This document shows, piece by piece, positions 1-6,552 of a DNA stretch of 38,674 nt. Below the pieces are notes generated by a model. It was not told where the DNA came from. It saw only the letters and a program-made list of their open reading frames with translations, and made no database searches. The first letter of the stretch is position 1. Each line of letters starts with the position of its first letter. The DNA is from a virus. Taxonomy: Duplodnaviria; Caudoviricetes. Where the stretch lies: the IMG/VR virus record IMGVR_UViG_3300029822_000031, positions 1-38,674 of that record; one strand, written 5' to 3'. Both the position numbers and the translations under genes were made by a program.

Positions 1-236
1 AATTATTAGGAATTTTAAGGAATAGATTTGAGAGAAGGAGCTCTTTCGGTAAACAATTCAACGAAGTTTTAACTGATAGCTTGAATGATGATTTGTTTAG
101 TACGATAATCTATGACAGCATACGATACAAAGAAGCAACTATAATGTGCAAGACTATACAAGAATACAATCCAGACTATGCAATACCATATAAAAATCTA
201 TTAGGAGAGATTATACATAGGATTAATACAAGGTAG
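1..236 (+). CDS. parA: ParA/Soj ATPase, C-terminal part (continues from 38150..38674 across the circular junction)
   Basis: After collapsing the 8-nt terminal duplicate, the frame reads ...DIELL|GILRNRFERRSSFGKQFNEVL...STIIYDSIRYKEA...HRINTR*, a typical Soj C-terminus; about 250 aa in total. Confidence 0.9.
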   Translation, partial: LLGILRNRFERRSSFGKQFNEVLTDSLNDDLFSTIIYDSIRYKEATIMCKTIQEYNPDYAIPYKNLLGEIIHRINTR

Positions 237-279
237 TTGTATGATGTATTAATACTAAGTACATGGAGGTATATTTGTT

Positions 280-552
280 ATGAAACAAGATTTTACATCT
301 AATATAAAAAATAATCTAAATACAGATACTAAAGACAAGACCGAAGAACCAGCTAAACCACATGAAGATAAACAAACATTCAAACTGGAACGTAAGACAA
401 GTGAAAAAACTAATAAGAGGGCATTCAACATAACCATGGATAACGAACTAATTAAAAAACTAGATACCATAGCAAAAAAATCTGGTTACTCCAGGAACGA
501 ATTAATAAGCATAATGTGTAATTACTGTAGCGATAATTTAGAATTAATTTAG
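280..552 (+). CDS. Ribbon-helix-helix centromere-binding protein (type Ib partition partner)
   Basis: Directly after parA; low-complexity N-terminus plus C-terminal RHH pattern RAFNITMDNELIKKLDTIAKKSGYSRNELI. Confidence 0.8.
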   Translation: MKQDFTSNIKNNLNTDTKDKTEEPAKPHEDKQTFKLERKTSEKTNKRAFNITMDNELIKKLDTIAKKSGYSRNELISIMCNYCSDNLELI

Positions 553-555
553 AAT

Positions 556-588
556 AAAAAAAGGGTGCTAATTAGGCACTCTTTTTTA
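556..588. terminator. Bidirectional rho-independent terminator
   Basis: A-run, stem AGGGTGCT/GGCACTCT, T-run. Confidence 0.8.
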
Positions 589-605
589 GATCACTAAGGG
601 GGTAT

Positions 606-719
606 ATGAAAAATATCTTACAAACTATATTGTATATGTTAATTATATTATATACCTTTAATACGATTTTGTCTATAAAAAGGTATAATTTATTTCCATT
701 ACTTGCTTTTATTAAATAG
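606..719 (+). CDS. Possible 37-aa hydrophobic peptide (type I toxin-like)
   Basis: RBS AAGGGGGT then ATG; MKNILQTILYMLIILYTFNTILSIKRYNLFPLLAFIK; overlapped by an antisense promoter. Confidence 0.3.
   Translation: MKNILQTILYMLIILYTFNTILSIKRYNLFPLLAFIK
647..675 (-). promoter_or_regulatory. Leftward sigma-A promoter for a ~85-nt small RNA ending at the 556-588 terminator
   Basis: Minus strand TAGACA-17 nt-TATAAT. Confidence 0.5.
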
Positions 720-731
720 TTGCTGTATAAT
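703..731 (+). promoter_or_regulatory. Sigma-A promoter for the long non-coding transcript
   Basis: TTGCTT(703-708)-17 nt-TATAAT(726-731). Confidence 0.65.
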
Positions 732-764
732 AAAATTAATTGAATAGAACGTGTAAAAATAAAT

Positions 765-852
765 CAAAAAAGAGCAAAGCTCTTAATTATTGGTAGACGG
801 CAAATCATTAATAATTAAGAGCCACACATAAGTTCTTTTGCACTTATTCTTT
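765..852 (-). ncRNA. Counter-transcribed antisense RNA (~90 nt)
   Basis: Perfect minus-strand promoter at 859-887; spans the 779-822 hairpin and ends in a U-run (A-run 766-771 on +). Confidence 0.65.
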
Positions 853-858
853 ATTACT

Positions 859-887
859 ATTATAATATAGACATAACTATATGTCAA
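859..887 (-). promoter_or_regulatory. Consensus sigma-A promoter (antisense RNA)
   Basis: Minus strand TTGACA-17 nt-TATAAT. Confidence 0.8.
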
Positions 888-923
888 CACAGATAGTTAT
901 AAAAAGTAATAACGATATTGTAC

Positions 924-966
924 AAGCCTTATGAGTAGGAATGCTCATAGGGCTTTTTATTTTATT
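924..966 (+). terminator. Internal terminator/attenuator in the long RNA
   Basis: AAGCCTTATGAGT/GCTCATAGGGCTT stem followed by T-rich tail. Confidence 0.65.
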
Positions 967-1364
967 CAATTAGTGGGTTGCCGTTAAACACTTAAAACTA
1001 CGTCAGCTGAGTTCGGGCAATGCAGAAAGCGAACCTCCTAACAACAAGACTATTCCTTATCCATAGTCGTTAGGGATTGAGAGAGGTGACATCTTAAAGG
1101 TCAGGGTTTAGGTTATTTCTGTGTAAAATGCAGGGACATATGCCAATTATAGTGGGCAGAAAAGCTATAGAAAAAGGCATATGGGCAGTAATGCGATAAC
1201 GGATAAGGTATTGATGATGGTTGCGATAGCGACGGGAATTATTATAGTTATTCTTCTATGTCAGACTTTATTATTTTTAGTCTGATGTAGGGAATAACTA
1301 TCTCTTCAAGAAGCTCCAGTTCAAGGAATTAACCAAACTAAATATAAAATATAGGCAAATGTAC

Positions 1365-1393
1365 TTGCAAGTGTACTCACAAAGTAGTATAAT
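1365..1393 (+). promoter_or_regulatory. Promoter with repeated GTACT operator-like motifs
   Basis: TTGCAA-17 nt-TATAAT; TGTACT on both sides of the -35. Confidence 0.6.
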
Positions 1394-1417
1394 AGTAAGT
1401 AGATAGGAGGTTGAAAC

Positions 1418-1567
1418 ATGGTAACCATAAAAAAAGACGACAGAATACAAATGAGAATAGACAGCAAATTAAAAGAGCAGGCAGAAAAGATAATTGCTGA
1501 AAAATATAGACAGTCATTAAGTGAATTTATTAGAGATAAATTAAAAGAGGTTGTAAAGGAGGAATAA
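1418..1567 (+). CDS. Small ribbon-helix-helix regulator (49 aa; not in ORF track)
   Basis: RBS AGGAGG; MVTIKKDDRIQMRIDSKLKEQAEKIIAEKYRQSLSEFIRDKLKEVVKEE. Confidence 0.75.
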   Translation: MVTIKKDDRIQMRIDSKLKEQAEKIIAEKYRQSLSEFIRDKLKEVVKEE

Positions 1568-1577
1568 ATATAAATAA

Positions 1578-2012
1578 ATGTGGAATAATCCAATAAAAAT
1601 TGATAAAAAAATTGCTGCTGACTTAGGGTTAAGTGAATCTATTATATACTCATATTTAATTGATAATGCTGATAATGGGAGTTGCTATTTAGATATTCAA
1701 CAATTTGAAAAAGACTTGCCTTTCATATCTAAATCAACGATAAACAGAGCAATAAATAAACTCAAAAGTAATAACTATATTAAAATAAAACAATTATCTG
1801 CTACTGACCGTTTTAATATACTAAATCATAAAAATATGGAAGGCTTAGGCATAGGAAATAAAGTTTGCGAATGGTGTGGTGGTAAAAGCCTTGTATTGCA
1901 TGAACACCATTACCCAATTCAGAAGAAAGATGGTGGAACCGAAACTGTTAATATATGTCCTAACTGCCATTATGAATTTCACCATCTAAACTTATTCATT
2001 GAGATTAAATGA
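1578..2012 (+). CDS. Winged-helix (replication-initiator-like) + HNH endonuclease fusion
   Basis: C-terminal CEWC..LHEHHYPI..DGG..TVNICPNCHYEFH; N-terminal wHTH resembles the N-terminus of 6552..7241. Confidence 0.75.
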   Translation: MWNNPIKIDKKIAADLGLSESIIYSYLIDNADNGSCYLDIQQFEKDLPFISKSTINRAINKLKSNNYIKIKQLSATDRFNILNHKNMEGLGIGNKVCEWCGGKSLVLHEHHYPIQKKDGGTETVNICPNCHYEFHHLNLFIEIK

Positions 2013-2056
2013 CAATGTGTTAATAAATAGATATTATGAGGTTAAGGAGGTTTAAT

Positions 2057-2200
2057 ATGAAATACTCTTGCTATAAATGCAAAAAAGAAGTTGGAGAAGA
2101 ACACTTTATTGCAGAAGATGGAAGAATCCTATGTAAAGAATGTAGTAAAGGTATAAAACCTTGTAGTGATAAAATAAAGAAAATATTAAATAAAGATTAA
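2057..2200 (+). CDS. Small Cys-rich zinc-ribbon protein (47 aa)
   Basis: RBS AAGGAGG; CYKC...LCKEC. Confidence 0.6.
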   Translation: MKYSCYKCKKEVGEEHFIAEDGRILCKECSKGIKPCSDKIKKILNKD

Positions 2201-2426
2201 TGTTCATACAGGATATGAAAATATTGTGAATGGCAAATAGGCTTGTAGAGTGTACTTTTCTACAAACCATAGTCCTTCAGTCCTAGAAGCATTCAAACTA
2301 TACGTACAGCTAGCATGCACGATATTTGCTTTGTGTTATACGACAGAATCCAGACCAAGTTAAAACACTATTTAGATTATTGACAAAATAAAAATTTTTA
2401 TACACATTTCAAAGATAATATAACAT

Positions 2427-2452
2427 AAAAAAGGCACTATAATGTGCCTTTT
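2427..2452. terminator. Bidirectional terminator
   Basis: AAAAGGCAC-tataat-GTGCCTTTT. Confidence 0.7.
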
Positions 2453-2661
2453 AATTTACATTCAATTTCTACTAGATCACAAAGATAACATTCCAATGCT
2501 TCACAAATTTTCTGGATTTCTTTTAAAGTAGGGCTTACTTTTCTATCATTCTTTTCTAATTTAGAAATATAAGGCTGACTTAATCCAACCTTGAAAGCTA
2601 ATTGTTCCTGGGTAAAACCTTTACTAAGTCTTAATTGCTTTAAATTTAATTTATAAAACAG
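2437..2661 (-). CDS. XRE-family HTH regulator (74 aa; probable CTG start)
   Basis: LKQLRLSKGFTQEQLAFKVGLSQPYISKLEK...PTLKEIQKICEAL; RBS GGGGTGA. Confidence 0.8.
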   Translation of the reverse strand: MFYKLNLKQLRLSKGFTQEQLAFKVGLSQPYISKLEKNDRKVSPTLKEIQKICEALECYLCDLVEIECKLKGTL

Positions 2662-2810
2662 AAAATCACCCCACTTTTATACATATTATAATTATATTAA
2701 AAATATAGTAATTTTCAATGGATAAAATTTGACATAATATAGAGAATTTTAGGAATAGAAAATATTGTCTAAAATATTCATGGCATGAATACTAAAATGT
2801 GGTATAATAA

Positions 2811-2822
2811 GAACAAACGTTC
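2811..2822. promoter_or_regulatory. LexA (DinR) SOS box at a TG-extended -10 promoter
   Basis: GAAC-AAAC-GTTC matches the Firmicute GAAC-N4-GTTC consensus, immediately after TGGTATAAT. Confidence 0.8.
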
Positions 2823-2841
2823 GATAAAAGGGGGAGAAAAA

Positions 2842-2982
2842 ATGAGTATAAACGAATTAAAACGTCAATTAAACGAGGGAATAAAAAAGAATGGAGGTTT
2901 TAATCAGGATGAAGTAATAAAAAAAATAAAAGAACAGCTTAACGCTGCTCCTTCAATTTCTTCAACTTATATTCGTTTTTAA
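2842..2982 (+). CDS. SOS-inducible small protein, candidate antirepressor (46 aa)
   Basis: RBS GGGGGAG; downstream of the LexA box; convergent with and overlapping the repressor 3' end; paralogue of 3706..3843. Confidence 0.6.
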   Translation: MSINELKRQLNEGIKKNGGFNQDEVIKKIKEQLNAAPSISSTYIRF

Positions 2983-3304
2983 CAGTATCTAATATAATTG
3001 TAGCGACATTATCATCTATGTTGTTGATATCCTTGATAATGCCTGCTGCAATAAGCTTGTCAATAAACTCTTCTATATTAGTATTTAAATCATCATCTAT
3101 AGGCTCTTCCTTTTCCTCACCTAAAATATAAGCAACAGTAACATTATAATAATCTGCTAATTTCTTTAAAGTCTCATACTTAGGTTTAAATTTACCTGTC
3201 TCATATTTACTCAAATTCTTTTGACTAATTCCAGTTTCACGAGCAACATCTATCTGGCTTTTCCCTTGATTCTCTCTTAATTCCTTTAACATCTCACCTA
3301 TCAT
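2939..3304 (-). CDS. CI-like immunity repressor (XRE HTH, no S24 peptidase domain)
   Basis: LKELRENQGKSQIDVARETGISQKNLSKYETG; divergent from cro. Confidence 0.85.
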   Translation of the reverse strand: MIGEMLKELRENQGKSQIDVARETGISQKNLSKYETGKFKPKYETLKKLADYYNVTVAYILGEEKEEPIDDDLNTNIEEFIDKLIAAGIIKDINNIDDNVATIILDTVKNEYKLKKLKEQR

Positions 3305-3336
3305 ATTAAATCCTCCCTAAAATTTAATTATATCAT

Positions 3337-3477
3337 ATATTCGCCAATCTGACGAATATCTATTTTTATAATATATTATATTATACTCACTTGTCAATAA
3401 AATATACCGAAAAAGAGAAAAGTTTTTAATATAATCGTCAAAAAGGTATTGACTTATATCATTAAGACGAATATACT
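3337..3477. promoter_or_regulatory. Lysis/lysogeny switch: operators and divergent promoters
   Basis: Palindrome ATATTCGCCA-atc-TGACGAATAT (3337-3359); half-sites ATAATCGTCA (3431) and GACGAATAT (3466); rightward TTGACT-17-TATACT (3449-3477); leftward TTGACA at 3392-3397. Confidence 0.75.
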
Positions 3478-3508
3478 ATATATATAAGAAACAAAAGGAG
3501 ATGAAAAA

Positions 3509-3694
3509 TTGAGAACAGAACTTAAAATAGCAAGGCTGAGAAAGGGTTTAACGCAAAGACAACTGGCTGAACAAATTGGAGTAGGATTCAAGGAGGTATC
3601 TCACTGGGAAGTTGGAGACAGAACACCAACTGTACAAGCTATTAAAAAACTTGGGACAATCTTAGGAATAGAAAATATTATAGATTTATTTTAA
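3509..3694 (+). CDS. Cro-like HTH regulator
   Basis: LKIARLRKGLTQRQLAEQIGV..SHWEVGDRTP; first gene of the early operon. Confidence 0.85.
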   Translation: MRTELKIARLRKGLTQRQLAEQIGVGFKEVSHWEVGDRTPTVQAIKKLGTILGIENIIDLF

Positions 3695-3705
3695 GGGGGA
3701 AAACA

Positions 3706-3843
3706 ATGAGTATTAACGATTTAAAGAAGAAATTACAGGAAGTAAAGATGGAAGTTGGCTACATAAACGTGGACAAGACTATAGAGCTTATAAAGAAACA
3801 ATACAGTTTAAAAGAACAGCTAGAAAAGGAGATGGAGAGTTGA
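3706..3843 (+). CDS. Small protein, paralogue of 2842..2982 (45 aa)
   Basis: MSINDLKKKLQEVKMEVGYINVDKTIELIKKQYSLKEQLEKEMES; RBS GGGGG. Confidence 0.7.
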   Translation: MSINDLKKKLQEVKMEVGYINVDKTIELIKKQYSLKEQLEKEMES

Positions 3844-3995
3844 ATACTCATGTTAGGAAGCTGAATGTTGAGGAAAGAACAATCATAAGAAAAATGGATC
3901 TCAATCCTAAATACTTTGTAAGAATTGCCAAGGGTCCCGATTACTTCGACTTCTTAGAAACTACTAGTGGAAAAATATTAACAGTAAGGAGATAG
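3840..3995 (+). CDS. Hypothetical small phage protein (51 aa)
   Basis: TTG start overlapping the previous stop, RBS AAGGAG; fills the gap to the next gene. Confidence 0.6.
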   Translation: MNTHVRKLNVEERTIIRKMDLNPKYFVRIAKGPDYFDFLETTSGKILTVRR

Positions 3996-3998
3996 AAT

Positions 3999-4577
3999 AT
4001 GAAAAAGGAAATTGAGGAATTATTAAGGTCAACAGAAAGACCAGGAATGGAATTTTTAACTGATTACATGGAGCATTACGGATTTTATACAGCCCCATGC
4101 AGCAGTCAGTATCATTTATGTAAAGAAGGTGGACTAGCAGAACATAGTATGAATGTTTTTAAAACTATTATAAGGTTAGACGAAAGTTTAACACCATGCA
4201 GTTTTATACCAGGGTATGTAATTAATTATAACAGTTTAATAATAGTTTCTTTACTTCACGACCTCGGTAAGATGGGGCAGTTTGGAAAGCCTAACTATGT
4301 GCCTAATATGATAACTGACAGAAAATCAAAAGAGCTGATTCAGTCTGATAAAAAGCCATTTGAAACTAATAAAGACCTTTTAACAGTGCCACATGAAATA
4401 AGGAGCATACACATAGCAAGCCAATTTATAGACCTTACAGAAGAAGAATCCTTCGCCATATTATACCACAATGCATTGTATGGAGATTTAAAATATCAGA
4501 TTAATGGCAAGGAAAGACCATTACAAACATTATTACACTTTGCTGACCTATGGGTTAGTAGATTTGAGGAGGTATAA
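3999..4577 (+). CDS. HD-domain phosphohydrolase
   Basis: APCSSQYH..GGLAEHS...LLHDLGK...ILYHN...ADL. Confidence 0.85.
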   Translation: MKKEIEELLRSTERPGMEFLTDYMEHYGFYTAPCSSQYHLCKEGGLAEHSMNVFKTIIRLDESLTPCSFIPGYVINYNSLIIVSLLHDLGKMGQFGKPNYVPNMITDRKSKELIQSDKKPFETNKDLLTVPHEIRSIHIASQFIDLTEEESFAILYHNALYGDLKYQINGKERPLQTLLHFADLWVSRFEEV

Positions 4578-4579
4578 GA

Positions 4580-4825
4580 ATGAATGATATAGAGAAAGTT
4601 CTTGAAAATTATATGTATGCAGGACTAGAAGCTAAGAGAATAGGTGTACTTTTCTTCGAGGATATGCCAATTCAGATGAGCCAAAAGAGCCTGGAAGAAT
4701 TAATCAAAGCACATAATCTGCCTTTTAAAATAGAGAGGGGAGTATTTAAAGACAAGCCAGACATGGGGAGATTATCAGCTAAGTATAAGAATTTTGATCT
4801 AGTAGCTGTTGAGGAGGATAAATAA
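4580..4825 (+). CDS. Hypothetical protein
   Basis: RBS GAGGAGG; operon packing. Confidence 0.65.
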   Translation: MNDIEKVLENYMYAGLEAKRIGVLFFEDMPIQMSQKSLEELIKAHNLPFKIERGVFKDKPDMGRLSAKYKNFDLVAVEEDK

Positions 4826-5274
4826 TGGTCCAGAACTTTGATTTAATATCTTATATTAAAAAATACTTCATTTATAACAAAGATGGCACATTGACAAGAA
4901 CAGATAGAGAACACAGTAATGGTTCCTTAGACAAGGATGGATATTTAATCATTAAAATAAAAGGGAAACAATACAAGGCCCACAGAATTGTTTATGCAAT
5001 ATTCAATGACAAACTTCCCAAAAAAGAAATAGATCATATCAACAGAATTAGAACTGACAATAGAATTGAAAATCTAAGAGAAGTAAGCAGAATTGAAAAC
5101 ATCAAAAATACTACTAAGAAAATAAATAAAGATACTGGAGTAATTGGAATTTATATTGATAAAAGAAAGGATTTAAAAAAGAAATACACTACCAAAATTA
5201 ATAAAAAAACTTATAGATTTTACACATTGCAAGATGCAATAAATAAAAGGAGTGAATTAAATGGAAGTTTATAA
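4825..5274 (+). CDS. HNH homing endonuclease
   Basis: GYL..IKGKQYKAHRIVY...IDHINRIRTDNRIENLR. Confidence 0.9.
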   Translation: MVQNFDLISYIKKYFIYNKDGTLTRTDREHSNGSLDKDGYLIIKIKGKQYKAHRIVYAIFNDKLPKKEIDHINRIRTDNRIENLREVSRIENIKNTTKKINKDTGVIGIYIDKRKDLKKKYTTKINKKTYRFYTLQDAINKRSELNGSL

Positions 5275-5845
5275 AAAATTACTTAAAGTCCAATCTAAAT
5301 TAAAATCTCCAAAATCTCAATTTAATAGTTTTGGAAAATATTCTTACAGAAGTTGTGAGGATATATTGGAATCAGTAAAACCATTATTAGTAGAAGTTGG
5401 AGCAGCCTTAACTATTTCAGATGCAATTATAAATATTGGGGAAAGATTTTATATTGAAGCTACCGCACAATTTATTGATATAGAGACAGGAGAAAAAGTA
5501 GAGAATAAAGCATTAGCAAGAGAAGATGAAACTAAAAAAGGTCAAGATTTAGCACAAGTAACAGGCAGTGTATCGTCATATGCACGTAAATATGCTTTAA
5601 ATGGATTATTCTGTATTGATGACACAAAGGATTCAGATGCAACCAATAAAGGTGACGCTATAGAGCCACCTAGAGCAACGCAAACTAAAAAAGGTACTAA
5701 CACACCAACTAACAATAAAAAGCCAACAGAGGGTACTCTAAAGTGCGAGAAATGTGGTAAAGAGATAAAAGAGAATGTTTCTATATTTAGTATGGCAAAA
5801 TATCATAAAAAGTTATGTATGGATTGCCAAAAATCAGAAAAGTAA
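5261..5845 (+). CDS. erf: ERF-family ssDNA annealing recombinase with C-terminal Zn ribbon
   Basis: YSYRSCEDILES...AQVTGSVSSYARKYALNGLFCIDDTKDSD. Confidence 0.9.
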   Translation: MEVYKKLLKVQSKLKSPKSQFNSFGKYSYRSCEDILESVKPLLVEVGAALTISDAIINIGERFYIEATAQFIDIETGEKVENKALAREDETKKGQDLAQVTGSVSSYARKYALNGLFCIDDTKDSDATNKGDAIEPPRATQTKKGTNTPTNNKKPTEGTLKCEKCGKEIKENVSIFSMAKYHKKLCMDCQKSEK

Positions 5846-5871
5846 TAAGTGATATTGAAAGGAGAAATAGC

Positions 5872-6111
5872 ATGTTACATGATTTAAAAACATTACCAAA
5901 ATATTTTGAAGCAGTTAAAGAAGGCACAAAAACATTTGAGGTAAGAAAAGACGATAGAGATTTTCAAGTTGAGGATTATGTAAATTTAAGAGAGTGGGAT
6001 GGAGAATACACTGGTAATAGTTTTGTTAGACAAATAGTATATATACTTGGCAGAAATGAAGATGAAAAAATGTATGTGGCCAACGGATATGTAATTTTGG
6101 GTATTAAGTAA
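5872..6111 (+). CDS. ASCH/PUA-like (DUF3850-type) protein
   Basis: HDLKTLPKYFEAVKEGTKTFEVRKDDRDFQV; start reassigned from RBS AAAGGAG. Confidence 0.85.
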   Translation: MLHDLKTLPKYFEAVKEGTKTFEVRKDDRDFQVEDYVNLREWDGEYTGNSFVRQIVYILGRNEDEKMYVANGYVILGIK

Positions 6112-6141
6112 TTAGCAATAAAAAGGTAGAAAGGAGTAACA

Positions 6142-6306
6142 ATGAAAAATCTATATTGGAAGTTTATAAATGCAGGATTTAAATTCTTCGATAAAAGAAG
6201 AAATTGGATAACTTATGATGAATTAGACGAGCAATGTGCTTGCTTAGAAACAGAAAATAAAGACCTAAGGGAAGAACTAGAAATGTATGAGGATAACTCT
6301 AGGTAA
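6142..6306 (+). CDS. Hypothetical protein (54 aa)
   Basis: RBS AAAGGAG; open frame. Confidence 0.6.
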   Translation: MKNLYWKFINAGFKFFDKRRNWITYDELDEQCACLETENKDLREELEMYEDNSR

Positions 6307-6310
6307 ATAG

Positions 6311-6363
6311 TACGCATTTAATGCGAAATATTGATTGACAATCGTGTTAAATGCGTATATAAT
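6311..6363 (+). promoter_or_regulatory. Promoter embedded in an inverted repeat upstream of the replication genes
   Basis: TTGACA(6335)-17-TATAAT(6358); TACGCATTTAA...TTAAATGCGTA arms. Confidence 0.75.
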
Positions 6364-6384
6364 TATATATAAGGGGGTGGAGAA

Positions 6385-6552
6385 TTGAGTAACATTCTAA
6401 AAATAAATGAACTGGCAAAAATGTTCAAGGTTTCAAGGAAAACTATTTATAACTGGATAGATAAAGGATTGCCAGTTATAAGACGAGATGGAATCACCAG
6501 ATTTGATGAAGAAGAAGTCTGGAAATGGTTTCATAATGAGGAGGATAAATAA
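6385..6552 (+). CDS. Xis/MerR-type HTH DNA-binding protein (55 aa)
   Basis: LKINELAKMFKVSRKTIYNWIDKGLP...RFDEEEVWKW; TAATG coupling to the initiator. Confidence 0.8.
   Translation: MSNILKINELAKMFKVSRKTIYNWIDKGLPVIRRDGITRFDEEEVWKWFHNEEDK

Larger units (their letters stand above)
738..1305 (+). ncRNA. Long structured non-coding RNA; candidate plasmid replication-control/primer RNA
   Basis: No ORF >=60 aa, locally higher GC, many stems (779-791/810-822, 925-954, 1037-1042/1069-1074, 1048-1053/1063-1068, 1137-1144/1176-1183, 1244-1301) and two 8-bp loop-to-distal pairings. Confidence 0.6.

Noticed and set aside
970-1310. Group I/II intron, tRNA or CRISPR array as the explanation of the structured region
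   Set aside because: No interrupted gene, no GUGYG start or domain V, no P7-type pair or cloverleaf recognised, and no repeat-spacer periodicity.
2842-2982. Spo0E-like phosphatase call for the LexA-controlled peptide
   Set aside because: Similar size and helical pattern but no SQELD signature; context fits an antirepressor better.
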